In this document: piece after piece, positions 21,445 to 30,788 of the stretch | Layout: every line of letters starts with the position of its first letter | Position numbering within the stretch: position 1 is the stretch's first letter | Source of the DNA: an uncultured Rickettsiales bacterium | GTDB taxonomy: Bacteria > Pseudomonadota > Alphaproteobacteria > Rs-D84 | Assembly (NCBI GenBank): GCA_900550565.1 | Contig: URSG01000004.1 | Location: forward strand, 1 to 52,438 | Direction: 5' to 3' | Length of the DNA: 52,438 bases | The notes under the pieces: model-generated | What the model saw: the letters and a program-made list of their open reading frames with translations, nothing else | What the model was told of the DNA's origin: nothing | Database searches by the model: none | Position numbers and translations under genes: made by a program

Positions 21445-22518
21445 TTATGATAATGCGGCGGTGATTTGGTCTTGCATCTGGAACGTCCCCAGAACAACCC
21501 ACGCAATAACCGCAGATACCAACAAAATACCAATACTGTTCATTACATTTGATATTGATTCCATTTTGCGCACAGATTCATCAAGATAATCATTTGCAAC
21601 ACGGGATAAATTTTCATCAAAACCGTTCATATCTGCATAGATTGCCAAATCGCCAATCATTTCAGAATTCGGGAAACCGCGCCCAGTATTTGCCAACGCC
21701 ACGCCTAAATTATCACCATTGGCGATATAGTGCAACGTGTCGTTCAATATCGTCCGCAGATACCGATTTGAACCATCGGCCAACATACGCATTGCATCTG
21801 GGATTGTAATGCCGGCAGCAACCATGGACGACAAACTCATCAGCCAGTCAACAGACAACTGAATTTTATACACATTCCACGGTGGTAATTTATCAAAATA
21901 TTTACGCAGATTTCCCGTCCAATTTGCCAAACTGGCCCAGATAATGCCACCAAGCGCGGCAAAACCAATCACAAACGCATACCAATACTGTCCGGCAAAT
22001 TCAGACAACCATATCAGTGATGACGCCGCAGACTGCCACACCATTGTTGGGCCTGCAACCTCGGCCAATGGTGGCACCAGATATAAACCAACCATAATGA
22101 TAATCAAAAACGTCAGTGCCAACAAAAACAACGGATATGCAACCGCAGATATCATCGCGCGCTTTATCCGTTGTGTTCCATCAACAACACGCGTAACATT
22201 TTCCAGCGCAACAACCAAATTAGATAAATTCCCAGACGTCACCAACAACGATTCTTCCAGTGGAACCCAACCACGGGTTGCGTCTGAAAAACTCATACCG
22301 CGTTCCAGATTTTTCTGAAATTCACGCATCACGATTGCAAACGGCTCGTTTGGATTGCGGCCATTTTTAGATTCCACCATTTCCAATCGCCCCAGCGCGT
22401 CCATCAACGTAAAATCATTACGCAACAGTGACGCCAACTTGCGCGCGGTGGCCATACGTTTTTCAGTATTTAATCTGAAAGCAATTTTGGCATATAATTT
22501 GTCCAGTCTGGTTGTCAT
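21445..22518 (-). CDS. type IV pilus / T2SS platform protein (GspF/PilC family; PilR(R64)/BfpE-like)
   Basis: 357 aa with three TM segments and two T2SS-F-like repeats. It lies directly downstream of the GspE-family ATPase. Confidence 0.8.
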   Translation of the reverse strand: MTTRLDKLYAKIAFRLNTEKRMATARKLASLLRNDFTLMDALGRLEMVESKNGRNPNEPFAIVMREFQKNLERGMSFSDATRGWVPLEESLLVTSGNLSNLVVALENVTRVVDGTQRIKRAMISAVAYPLFLLALTFLIIIMVGLYLVPPLAEVAGPTMVWQSAASSLIWLSEFAGQYWYAFVIGFAALGGIIWASLANWTGNLRKYFDKLPPWNVYKIQLSVDWLMSLSSMVAAGITIPDAMRMLADGSNRYLRTILNDTLHYIANGDNLGVALANTGRGFPNSEMIGDLAIYADMNGFDENLSRVANDYLDESVRKMESISNVMNSIGILLVSAVIAWVVLGTFQMQDQITAALS

Positions 22519-22521
22519 ACC

Positions 22522-24159
22522 TTAATACACCCCCGGTCTGTCCAATAATCCAACCCAGCGTTCCAATTCATCAACGCCGATAATTCCCTGCAACATCAGT
22601 GACATTGCCGCCTCTTTCAATGTGCGGCCGTCCATATCTTCCAGCCAATAACGCAATGCACCGTCGGTATTTCCAGCCAACGCCAGACGTAAAAATTCAC
22701 TGTTTGTAATGATAATTTCGCCGGCCTTGATACGCCCCAGTGTTCCTGTTCCCTTGCATTCCTTGCACCCGGCACCGCGGATATAAACCTGGCGCAGTCC
22801 CAGTTCCCCAAATGCCGTCATCACACGCCCATAGGCCGGATGTTCTGGGTGGTCAATCAACCGTTCACGACAAAACGGGCAAACCTTTTTAAACAGACGC
22901 ATAGAAATCAATCCACGCATCAGTGTTTCTTCTTTTAACTTGAACGCTTCTATCCCCAGGTCTAATAAACGGGTCAACGCAGACATTGCCGAATTCGCGT
23001 GCAACGTTGTCCAAACATTATGACCAGATAACGCACCACGCACCGTCAACTGGGCCGCCGCCAACGTGCGAATTTCCCCAACCATCAATGTATCTGGGTC
23101 ACTGCGCAATGCCGCGGCCAGTGCCTCGGTATATCTGTCTTCGCGTTGTTCTTCGTTTGTGGTATTTACCACAGGCATCTGGTGCGCGCCAAAAATCTTT
23201 TGTTCAACCGGGTTTTCCACCGTAATCATATTTATTTCGTAATTACGTTCTTTTAACATCAGCGACATATTACGCACCAATGTCGTAGATTTACCAGAAC
23301 TGGTTGGCCCCGCAACAATTACCAGTCCGGTTGGAAACGCGCGCAGACGCATCAACAAACGCTGTTCATATTCGCCAAATTCTTGTTCGGTTTTAATACC
23401 TTCGGACGGGTTATCATACAGCAATCGCATAACCACATACCGCGAACCAAACGCGATTGGATTAAACTGCATACGGATACTAAGAATTCCCATCGGCAGA
23501 TATAAATCCTTGGTCCCACGCAGTGGTGTTCGTCCGTCTTTTTGCGCGGCCTGGTATTCGTTCTGGGCATAGTTCGCGTTTGACATATCAGACGACGCAA
23601 ACGCCGCACGAACAAATGATTCGCCCCACCCCGAATTATATTCCAGAACAGGCTGCATACTGCCGTCAATGCGGAAATAGATTGTGGTTTGGTCACCAAC
23701 CTCAATATGAATATCTGACACTTTTTGCGCAGCGGCACGTGCAACAATATCCACAAAATCTTTCTGCATTTGGTTGTCAAAATCGCGACTGACACGTACC
23801 GGCCCACCCAGGCGTGCCTCGTACGATTTATATATCGCCGACACCAAACCTAAATCAGAATAAAACGGTGTTCGCATTGGACGTGCGCGTGCGCGCAACA
23901 AATCCAAGAACGCCATCACACGCCCATCATATCGGTGCGTGCGTGAAATAATAATTTCCCCACCGGAAAAATACGCAATTAAACCCTGGGTATCTTTTGG
24001 CAGTTCCTGGGACCCCCCAGTTGCCGTCAACAAACGATTCCCATTTGAAAACAAATAATCAACAATATCCTTGGTTTCGGCATTTTCCAACCCCGACGGA
24101 ACAGATGGACGTTCAGCCACTGGGATATTGTTCAAAATATCATTTTCCGTATTGTTCAT
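22522..24159 (-). CDS. GspE/PilB-family secretion ATPase (PilQ(R64)/BfpD-like)
   Basis: Walker A GPTSSGKSTT, an Asp box, Walker B LMVGEIR, His box GHNVWTTLHAN and a tetra-Cys cluster (CPFC...CKEC). Confidence 0.92.
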   Translation of the reverse strand: MNNTENDILNNIPVAERPSVPSGLENAETKDIVDYLFSNGNRLLTATGGSQELPKDTQGLIAYFSGGEIIISRTHRYDGRVMAFLDLLRARARPMRTPFYSDLGLVSAIYKSYEARLGGPVRVSRDFDNQMQKDFVDIVARAAAQKVSDIHIEVGDQTTIYFRIDGSMQPVLEYNSGWGESFVRAAFASSDMSNANYAQNEYQAAQKDGRTPLRGTKDLYLPMGILSIRMQFNPIAFGSRYVVMRLLYDNPSEGIKTEQEFGEYEQRLLMRLRAFPTGLVIVAGPTSSGKSTTLVRNMSLMLKERNYEINMITVENPVEQKIFGAHQMPVVNTTNEEQREDRYTEALAAALRSDPDTLMVGEIRTLAAAQLTVRGALSGHNVWTTLHANSAMSALTRLLDLGIEAFKLKEETLMRGLISMRLFKKVCPFCRERLIDHPEHPAYGRVMTAFGELGLRQVYIRGAGCKECKGTGTLGRIKAGEIIITNSEFLRLALAGNTDGALRYWLEDMDGRTLKEAAMSLMLQGIIGVDELERWVGLLDRPGVY

Positions 24160-24177
24160 ATCGCGTTAAATCCATTT

Positions 24178-24852
24178 TTATTTTGCGTTTGTCACGTTTA
24201 ACGCCTGGGTTGCCCCAGATGGTGTGACAAAAACAATTCCTTCGTCCAGTGATATAGATTTTACGGTAAATCCGTCCAGACTGCGGCCAACAGAAATCTT
24301 TTTATTCTGGCCTGTTTTTAAATCTGCGACTGTTGCCTGTAATTGATTGCCGACGCCAAACACGTTGACCAATTTGTATTTTTCAGAAATTTTAACATCT
24401 GAATCATTATCAGACGCAGACGCACCCTTGCTGGCAACGCGTGGGGCAGAACTTTCGTTTTCCAATGCCTGTTTTTCGCGTTCCAGTCTGGCGGTTTCAG
24501 CCTCTAACTTGGCCTTGGCGGCGTCCAGTTCCTGTTGCTGTTGTTCGGCGCGCCCAGACAACGTATCAATTTCCATATGCAACTTGATTTTTTCGGCCGC
24601 CAACCGGTCTAATTCCAAATCCAGTTGTGCGCGTTCTTTTTCCAGTTGCATTAAAATTTTTTCCTGTTCCAAATCAGTAATCTGTTGAAACAGCGAACCG
24701 TCAACCTGGTAATCAGACACGGCACTGGCCGACACCTGTTCCATATCAGTATCCGTAATTTCAATATCTTGGTCTAAAACCTCGGCCTGGGCACTGGCGA
24801 CCGGAAACGCAAACACAGAAAACAACAAAACATACTTCATTTTATTTGACAT
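24178..24852 (-). CDS. exported coiled-coil protein, PilP/BfpU-position pilus biogenesis component
   Basis: Signal peptide (FPVASAQA), an E/Q/L-rich coiled coil and a C-terminal beta-domain resembling PilP/GspC HR domains. Confidence 0.4.
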   Translation of the reverse strand: MSNKMKYVLLFSVFAFPVASAQAEVLDQDIEITDTDMEQVSASAVSDYQVDGSLFQQITDLEQEKILMQLEKERAQLDLELDRLAAEKIKLHMEIDTLSGRAEQQQQELDAAKAKLEAETARLEREKQALENESSAPRVASKGASASDNDSDVKISEKYKLVNVFGVGNQLQATVADLKTGQNKKISVGRSLDGFTVKSISLDEGIVFVTPSGATQALNVTNAK

Positions 24853-26152
24853 AGATTATCACCTCATAGTTCCAGATGCGGCGCGACGCGTCCCATGCGC
24901 AACGTGTCATATATACCCCACCAAAATCGTCAAAGATTTTCATAAACTGCATCGGCGTCATTTTTGATTCTGCCGCAACTTCTATCAAGTTCACCGTTGC
25001 AACATCAACGCCATTGCTTAACGTATCGGTTGCAACATTTGTTTCAACATCTGTTGAAATTCCCTGGAACGCCGTCTGAATCGCGCGCAAGACCGTATCA
25101 ATATCACGTTCATCAACCGACGCAACCGACGCAACCGTTGGCAATGTTGCGCGCACCGTCACAACATCTGCTGATTCTTCGTTAACGTATGCGGCCGGCA
25201 TCAGTTCTGTGGCAACGCTGTAAAAATCCCCCAGTGTTCCAAAACTGCGCTTAAACCGTGCCGACGCGTGGGTTTCGCCACATTCGGCCGACACCTGGTT
25301 CCAGCCAGGAATTGGTTGCATTACAAAGCCGATTGCCTGATAGCATACCTGGGCCCGACGTGTCACATCTGGCAATTCGTCGTATGGCATAACAATCGGG
25401 GCCGGTGCTGTTTTTTTCTCTATATCAAACGCAGCGTCCAGTTCTTTGTTTTTTTCTGCGATTTGGCGTTTATATTCGGCCGCCAATTCTGGGTTTATTT
25501 TTGCAACCTGGGGCGGTGTCATCATTTGGCGAATTGGTTCGCGGAAAAATGATAACAAGAAAAACACAAACACAGCCAACAAAACAACCGACAATAAAAC
25601 GCGTCTGAACCGACTGATTGGGCGCAACGTCGCACGCGCACCACCCGAAATTAAATCTGATAAGTTTCGTTCAATCGCACGTGGCATACCCCACGCAGAC
25701 GGCGCAAACAACGCACCCCAATCAGGAATTTCTGATAAACGAAAATATTCTGCACGCGCCGCATCCTGGGAATCAAACAATTTATCTTGCAGAATTATGC
25801 TATTACGCACCGCAACCAGGTAAAAACCATTTTCTGTATCAAACACCCCCAGAAAAGAATTATATTCGGTCAGCGCGTCCATAACCTCGGCCGCGGCAGA
25901 TGGCATACCAATACGATGTCCTGCACGACGTGCGCCCAATCCAATCAGTGTGCGATATTCTGTGAACAGATTCAATTTTCTGTTCATACCACGCGCCAAT
26001 GCGCGCGCATACGCACGCGGTGCCACGCCGACCATGGCAGGTTGCCAAAACAGACCGACGGCATATTTTTTGCGCTTGATATTTATTACTTTGTCTGGCA
26101 ATTTCTCTCTCTGGTTTAATATCACGACAATTATAACACAAAACGCGCGCAT
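24842..26152 (-). CDS. bitopic membrane protein, PilO(R64)/BfpC-position pilus biogenesis component
   Basis: 436 aa with a cytoplasmic N-domain, a single central TM helix (VLLSVVLLAVFVFFLLSFF) and a periplasmic C-domain. The gene order matches type IVb clusters. The start is uncertain. Confidence 0.35.
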   Translation of the reverse strand: MRAFCVIIVVILNQREKLPDKVINIKRKKYAVGLFWQPAMVGVAPRAYARALARGMNRKLNLFTEYRTLIGLGARRAGHRIGMPSAAAEVMDALTEYNSFLGVFDTENGFYLVAVRNSIILQDKLFDSQDAARAEYFRLSEIPDWGALFAPSAWGMPRAIERNLSDLISGGARATLRPISRFRRVLLSVVLLAVFVFFLLSFFREPIRQMMTPPQVAKINPELAAEYKRQIAEKNKELDAAFDIEKKTAPAPIVMPYDELPDVTRRAQVCYQAIGFVMQPIPGWNQVSAECGETHASARFKRSFGTLGDFYSVATELMPAAYVNEESADVVTVRATLPTVASVASVDERDIDTVLRAIQTAFQGISTDVETNVATDTLSNGVDVATVNLIEVAAESKMTPMQFMKIFDDFGGVYMTRCAWDASRRIWNYEVIIYVK

Positions 26153-26231
26153 AACGCAAACACAGAATTAAAAACGCCGGCCAAAAAATTGGCCGAGCGC
26201 AATTATATTTTTGTATGTTTTTTAATAAATA

Positions 26232-26648
26232 TTACTGGCAATTACCATACATATTTTCACACTGGACAACGACCGCTGTTTCTGTTGTTGTGTTTGTTGC
26301 CTGGTTTGATGTTCGCACAGTGCGTGGATGCGGACAATCATAAACATTTGCCGTTAAAATAAACGCGCGTTCTGGGCCAAAAATAACCCACTCGTTTGGA
26401 CGGGTGCGTTGGCTGGTAATCCAATATGCATTACCACCGCGTGCCTGGTCAACGATGCGGTTTTCCAGGTATCTGCGCGCATCATCAGAATCATAAACAG
26501 ATGCCTCGGTTTCTATTTTATACAGATATGTGCAACCCATTGGTTCGCCGTTGAGTTGTGTTAAAAACTCGCTGCCATTTTCGTTTTTTATCAAATTGTT
26601 GCACGCGGCCAATGCCAGAACAGCAAACACAGAAAAAATTTTTTTCAT
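26232..26648 (-). CDS. lipoprotein (DUF4156-like)
   Basis: Lipobox LALAAC in MKKIFSVFAVLALAACNN. 138 aa. Confidence 0.5.
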   Translation of the reverse strand: MKKIFSVFAVLALAACNNLIKNENGSEFLTQLNGEPMGCTYLYKIETEASVYDSDDARRYLENRIVDQARGGNAYWITSQRTRPNEWVIFGPERAFILTANVYDCPHPRTVRTSNQATNTTTETAVVVQCENMYGNCQ

Positions 26649-26661
26649 ATTATAAATCCCC

Positions 26662-27603
26662 TTATTTACTTTGAACTATATCATAATTTTCTGGGTCACA
26701 GAATAATTTTTTCAGCACCAGGTTATTCAGCGCATGACTGCCCTTGTATGATTCCAGGTCACCAATTACAAATCCACCCGATGTGAACATATCCCCAATG
26801 GCGTCTATAATCTTGTGGCGAACAAATTCATCTGGCCAAATCACAGGATTCAATGTCCCGTCGCCGGCGTCATTTAATGCGATAACATTTTTCTCGCTGG
26901 CACCACGCGCCATACCGTGCGCCTTCAGGTATTCCCATTCAGAATATTTTCCAAACGTGCGTGCGCGTGCAATATTTTTAACGAAATCGTTCACAGATTT
27001 TTTTGTGCCATTAAAACTGTATGAAAATGTTTGGCGACCGATAACCCGTTCTGGATATACCAGTGTTGCAACAATGTTTAATGACGTGCCGTCGTTTGGT
27101 GATAATTTAACAAAACCGTCTGTCTTGCGCCCAGCGATTTTATTCATAACCCACAATTTAAACCGAACAATCGCCGGCAAAGTGCGTAATACTTCGCGTG
27201 CATAAACAGTCACAGGCCGACGCACAACGATTTTTTTCATCTGGGATTTACCGTCTGTATTACCGATAAATTTCGCCAAAAATTCCGACGCACTGCCGTC
27301 CAAGATTGGTGTTTCTGGGCCATCAATATCAATTATTGCACTGTCAATTCCGGCCAAGAACAATGCCGCCATCAAATGTTCTATGGTCTGAACGTGTGCG
27401 CCATCTGTGCGCCCGATTGTGGTATTGCGCATTTTTGTTTCGCCGACATTTTCTGCCAACGCCGGAATCAATTCAGACCCCGGGATATCCGTTCTGTGGA
27501 AAAAAATTCCCGGTTTTCCAGACGGCTTTACAACCATATTTACCGGCAATCCAGAATGAATTCCGACACCAGTAATTTTAATTTTTTTTGCCAGCGTTGA
27601 CAT
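26662..27603 (-). CDS. lpxC: UDP-3-O-acyl-N-acetylglucosamine deacetylase
   Basis: The N-terminus KITGVGIHSGLPV, TIEHLMAAL and the HK..D motif (RHKIIDAIGD). Confidence 0.93.
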   Translation of the reverse strand: MSTLAKKIKITGVGIHSGLPVNMVVKPSGKPGIFFHRTDIPGSELIPALAENVGETKMRNTTIGRTDGAHVQTIEHLMAALFLAGIDSAIIDIDGPETPILDGSASEFLAKFIGNTDGKSQMKKIVVRRPVTVYAREVLRTLPAIVRFKLWVMNKIAGRKTDGFVKLSPNDGTSLNIVATLVYPERVIGRQTFSYSFNGTKKSVNDFVKNIARARTFGKYSEWEYLKAHGMARGASEKNVIALNDAGDGTLNPVIWPDEFVRHKIIDAIGDMFTSGGFVIGDLESYKGSHALNNLVLKKLFCDPENYDIVQSK

Positions 27604-28510
27604 CTTTCAGTTTCTCCTTTAACCAATCAAAAAATCCGTTTTCTATTGTTGTATCCAGGCGCGCATATTTGATTTTATTACGCGCATATTCCGGCAATCT
27701 GACCCAGTCTTTTTCAGTGGTCAACAACACCGCTTTTTTCTTTTCTGCCAACATAAACAGTTTTTCAATATCTTCGTCTGTGTATTGCCAGTGGTCTGGA
27801 AAACTGCGGCGCGCAACAACCGATTTCCCCAGCGCACGAAAGAATTTTTTTGGATACCCAATTCCTGCAAACGCAACTATGCGTTGTGTATCGTCGTATG
27901 GCGACATAGTTGTATTTGTCGCATAAAATACCGGCACATTATCAGGCAATTTAAACTTCTTTTTTGCGCGGTTATTTTTTATAACAACGATTGCGTCGGC
28001 CTTGGTTGCGGCACGACGTGGCTCGCGCAGGGGGCCGGCTGGTAATAAAAATCCGTTTCCATACCCCAACGCTTCGTCAAAAACCAATATAGAAATATCT
28101 TTGTTTATACGCGGATTTTGAAAACCGTCGTCCATAACAATAGGACTGTTTTCATCGGTCTGGCGATTTAACAGTTTTATGGCCGCCATACGATTACCTG
28201 TGTGTACCTGTAATCCGGCGCGCGTCAACATTATCGCTTCGTCCCCGGCGTTTCCAGTATGCGCACTTTTTTTATATCCACGCATAACAATCGGCGCACC
28301 AATCATATTTGCAACTGCGCGTACAATCGGTGTTTTACCAACGCCACCGGCCAATATATTACCAATGCATATCACAGGCCGACGTGATTCATACGACTTG
28401 ATGCCGCGAACAAAATATACCATACGTGACGCACCGTAATATACCCACGACACAGGCACCAACAAACATGCGATTGGCGTTTTATGCATAAACCACCACG
28501 GTGTTTTCAT
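27578..28510 (-). CDS. lpxK: tetraacyldisaccharide 4'-kinase
   Basis: GNILAGGVGKTP P-loop. 310 aa. The 3' end overlaps the lpxC start by 26 nt. Confidence 0.88.
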   Translation of the reverse strand: MKTPWWFMHKTPIACLLVPVSWVYYGASRMVYFVRGIKSYESRRPVICIGNILAGGVGKTPIVRAVANMIGAPIVMRGYKKSAHTGNAGDEAIMLTRAGLQVHTGNRMAAIKLLNRQTDENSPIVMDDGFQNPRINKDISILVFDEALGYGNGFLLPAGPLREPRRAATKADAIVVIKNNRAKKKFKLPDNVPVFYATNTTMSPYDDTQRIVAFAGIGYPKKFFRALGKSVVARRSFPDHWQYTDEDIEKLFMLAEKKKAVLLTTEKDWVRLPEYARNKIKYARLDTTIENGFFDWLKEKLKDVNAGKKN

Positions 28511-28511
28511 T

Positions 28512-29303
28512 TTATTTTCCCTGTTTTTTATTTTTCTGTTCTGCGCGTTGTGCGCGACGCATTTTTTTAAACGAACTGGATTTTAAATCCTGTTCAACCT
28601 GCATCAGGTTAAATTTCTTGTCCAGTTCCCGAACCTGGTCCACCATTATATTTTCCAGGCTATGGCGCAGATTTTCAAAATCATCACGTGAAATCTTGGA
28701 ATCAACGAATATAGGTTCCCCTACTTTACACACAATCCGTGAAAAAGGTAATGCGACCAAATACCTGTCCCAGCGGTCTTGGAACCACGAACGCGACGCA
28801 GAAAAACATACCGGGATAATCGGCGCGCCGGTCATTTTTGCAAAATATAATGCCCCATCTTGGACACGTAATGACGGCCCACCGGGTCCGTCGGGCGAAA
28901 TACACAAACCGTGATCACCCAAACGCAACATACGCACCCCCTGGCGCAGAACAGAAATTCCACCATCAGATGTGCTGCCATAAATTGGTTTTAATCCGAA
29001 CAGACGCTGCAATTTTGCCATCATACGTCCATCACTGTGACGTGACGCAACCGCGTATGCCCGCATACCACCCATACAAATAATCGGCGATAACATCATA
29101 CTGCGCCCGTGCCAGAACACAAAAATCGCCGGCTTTCTGCGGTATTTTTTAAATGTTTTATAGTTTATAATTTTAACCCGTGATGTAAAGTACACAAACC
29201 AAATTGATACTGCCATAAAAATTGCGACAATCCATTGAATAATCGGCAAATGCAGCACTGGTTCCCAGAACCCTTTCCACGCTTTTCTAAATTTTTCGTT
29301 CAT
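28512..29303 (-). CDS. DUF374-domain (lysophospholipid acyltransferase-like) protein
   Basis: N-terminal TM helix and FVFWHGRSMM. The position beside lpxK is typical in alphaproteobacteria. Confidence 0.65.
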   Translation of the reverse strand: MNEKFRKAWKGFWEPVLHLPIIQWIVAIFMAVSIWFVYFTSRVKIINYKTFKKYRRKPAIFVFWHGRSMMLSPIICMGGMRAYAVASRHSDGRMMAKLQRLFGLKPIYGSTSDGGISVLRQGVRMLRLGDHGLCISPDGPGGPSLRVQDGALYFAKMTGAPIIPVCFSASRSWFQDRWDRYLVALPFSRIVCKVGEPIFVDSKISRDDFENLRHSLENIMVDQVRELDKKFNLMQVEQDLKSSSFKKMRRAQRAEQKNKKQGK

Positions 29304-29492
29304 CTTCGGCCTTGTTATTTAATATGGCCAGATTCTAGCAACAAAAAAAACATATTTCAAGACAGCAATAGGAATAAAGCCCAAATACCAGTCCCAGCCC
29401 GATAAATATGGTAAAAACCGCATAAAAATCCGCAAAAATTGAAAAAATTCATTGACAGTAAACAATATTGTTGTATAATCCCAGACGTTTAT

Positions 29493-29569
<77 letters not shown>

Positions 29570-29577
29570 AGATTTAC

Positions 29578-29604
29578 AAAACCGTCCACATGGGCGGTTT
29601 TTTG
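29578..29604 (+). terminator. rho-independent terminator after tRNA-fMet
   Basis: CCGTCC-ACAT-GGGCGG hairpin followed by TTTTTT. Confidence 0.7.
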
Positions 29605-29685
29605 TTAGAATCCTAATATCCATAAAAAGTTCAAAAGTTGAAATTAAAAAAGTGGCGATTTTTCGCCACTTTTTGATTACTATAT

Positions 29686-29961
29686 TTATTTAAACAACTT
29701 TTTATGATTATGCCATATAACTATAAACAGATTTATAAAAAATAACCATATTGCAACATTATTATTCAAGAAAATCATATTAAAATAAGGAAATGATATT
29801 CCCATATTATTTATCAAAAAAGGAACCAAACCTATAACTTCTGTCATACTAAAAAAAGCACTAACAAGAAGTACTGTTTTGTCAGAATTACAAAGTTTAG
29901 CAATAAAAAATGGCAAAAATAAAACAAAAATCACACCAATAATTATAAATGTTAAATCCAT
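29686..29961 (-). CDS. small integral membrane protein
   Basis: The start is placed at MDLTFIIIGVIF (ATG 29961), preceded by AAAGGAG. Three hydrophobic helices and very AT-rich. Confidence 0.4.
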   Translation of the reverse strand: MDLTFIIIGVIFVLFLPFFIAKLCNSDKTVLLVSAFFSMTEVIGLVPFLINNMGISFPYFNMIFLNNNVAIWLFFINLFIVIWHNHKKLFK

Positions 29962-30071
29962 TTCAAAATCTCCTTTATATTCACAACTGATGGTACCATA
30001 CATTGTGATTTTATGCAAATTTTTTAGACCTGAATTTCATTTTAATTGAACTGTATTTTGTTAATAAAAAT

Positions 30072-30101
30072 AAAAAACACACCACAATGGTGTGTTTTTT
30101 T
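30072..30101. terminator. bidirectional rho-independent terminator
   Basis: A-run, then CACACCA-CAA-TGGTGTG, then T-run, directly after the stop of the 30122-30505 ORF. Confidence 0.7.
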
Positions 30102-30121
30102 AGTGATGAAAAAACGTAAAA

Positions 30122-30505
30122 TTATTTACAACCAACAAAAGCCCAAACTTCATCAGATGGTTGTGCAATTTTTACACGAACAGCCGTCTGGTCTGCGTCA
30201 CACATTTCGGCATCAATAAACGCAACCTCTATATAATCATGTTCTGTATCGTTTAAAACCATATTAAATACATTTTCGTCACTATCAAAATTATACCGGA
30301 ACATACCATTAGGTTTATTTTGTTTTATATCAATAACCCACTGAATATCAGACGGACATTGATATATCGTATGATTACTGTCTGTTTCTAATACAGTACA
30401 ACCATCAAAAATACGTGGAATATCATACTTTGCAACGTCTGCTGTTTCTGCCAAGGATACAAGCGGAAACAAAGACGCGATTATAGAAATTGTATATTTT
30501 TTCAT
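30122..30505 (-). CDS. small secreted Cys-containing protein
   Basis: Signal peptide MKKYTISIIASLFPLVSLAET, and SD AGAGGGGA upstream. It lies immediately downstream of leader RNA copy B. Confidence 0.5.
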   Translation of the reverse strand: MKKYTISIIASLFPLVSLAETADVAKYDIPRIFDGCTVLETDSNHTIYQCPSDIQWVIDIKQNKPNGMFRYNFDSDENVFNMVLNDTEHDYIEVAFIDAEMCDADQTAVRVKIAQPSDEVWAFVGCK

Positions 30506-30525
30506 ATTTTTCCCCTCTTTTTATT

Positions 30526-30728
30526 AAAAAATTAAACCACCAACAAGATTGGTGGTCGGGGAGTTGGTGTCAGCAAACAAATGCTCCGTCCCTTTCGGTA
30601 AACGGCTCCCCAACCATAAAAGCCAGGGATGATAACGATGCAAAAAGCACCGAAAACATCAGATTACGATGCTTTTGCACCGTGTTTGCGGGCCACCACA
30701 GCCCCGAAACCCAAATCTCTTTGGATTC
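30526..30728 (-). ncRNA. structured leader / riboswitch-like RNA, diverged copy B (same family as A1/A2)
   Basis: It starts with GAATCCA like A1/A2 and shares TGGGTT(T)CGGGG and CACGGTG-AAA-CATCGT-ATC (19/23 identical). The equivalent helices carry compensatory changes. It has a GAAA tetraloop hairpin, a 10-bp antiterminator pairing (30615-30606 / 30563-30554) and a terminator CCACCAA-TCTTG-TTGGTGG (30555-30537) plus T-run. Confidence 0.6.
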
Positions 30729-30735
30729 ACGTTTT

Positions 30736-30764
30736 ATTATAATATTAAATCAATAAAATTTCAA
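30736..30764 (-). promoter_or_regulatory. sigma70-type promoter of leader RNA copy B
   Basis: On the minus strand: -35 TTGAAA (30764-30759), 17-bp spacer, -10 TATAAT (30741-30736), then 7 nt to G at 30728. Confidence 0.65.
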
Positions 30765-30788
30765 TATTTTGAAAATAAAACTTATTTT

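Noticed and set aside
26178-26195. A CGGCC-N8-GGCCG hairpin between the lipoprotein gene and the pilus module could be a terminator
   Set aside because: The stem is only 5 bp with an 8-nt loop, and the T-run is interrupted. That is too weak to call.
30526-30728. RNA copy B could be SRP (4.5S), 6S, tmRNA or RNase P RNA
   Set aside because: Its ends can pair and it has a GNRA hairpin. However, the conserved SRP domain IV, tmRNA tRNA-like and RNase P core motifs are absent. It aligns instead with the island repeat RNA. The 88-aa plus-strand ORF at 30490-30756 is regarded as spurious.
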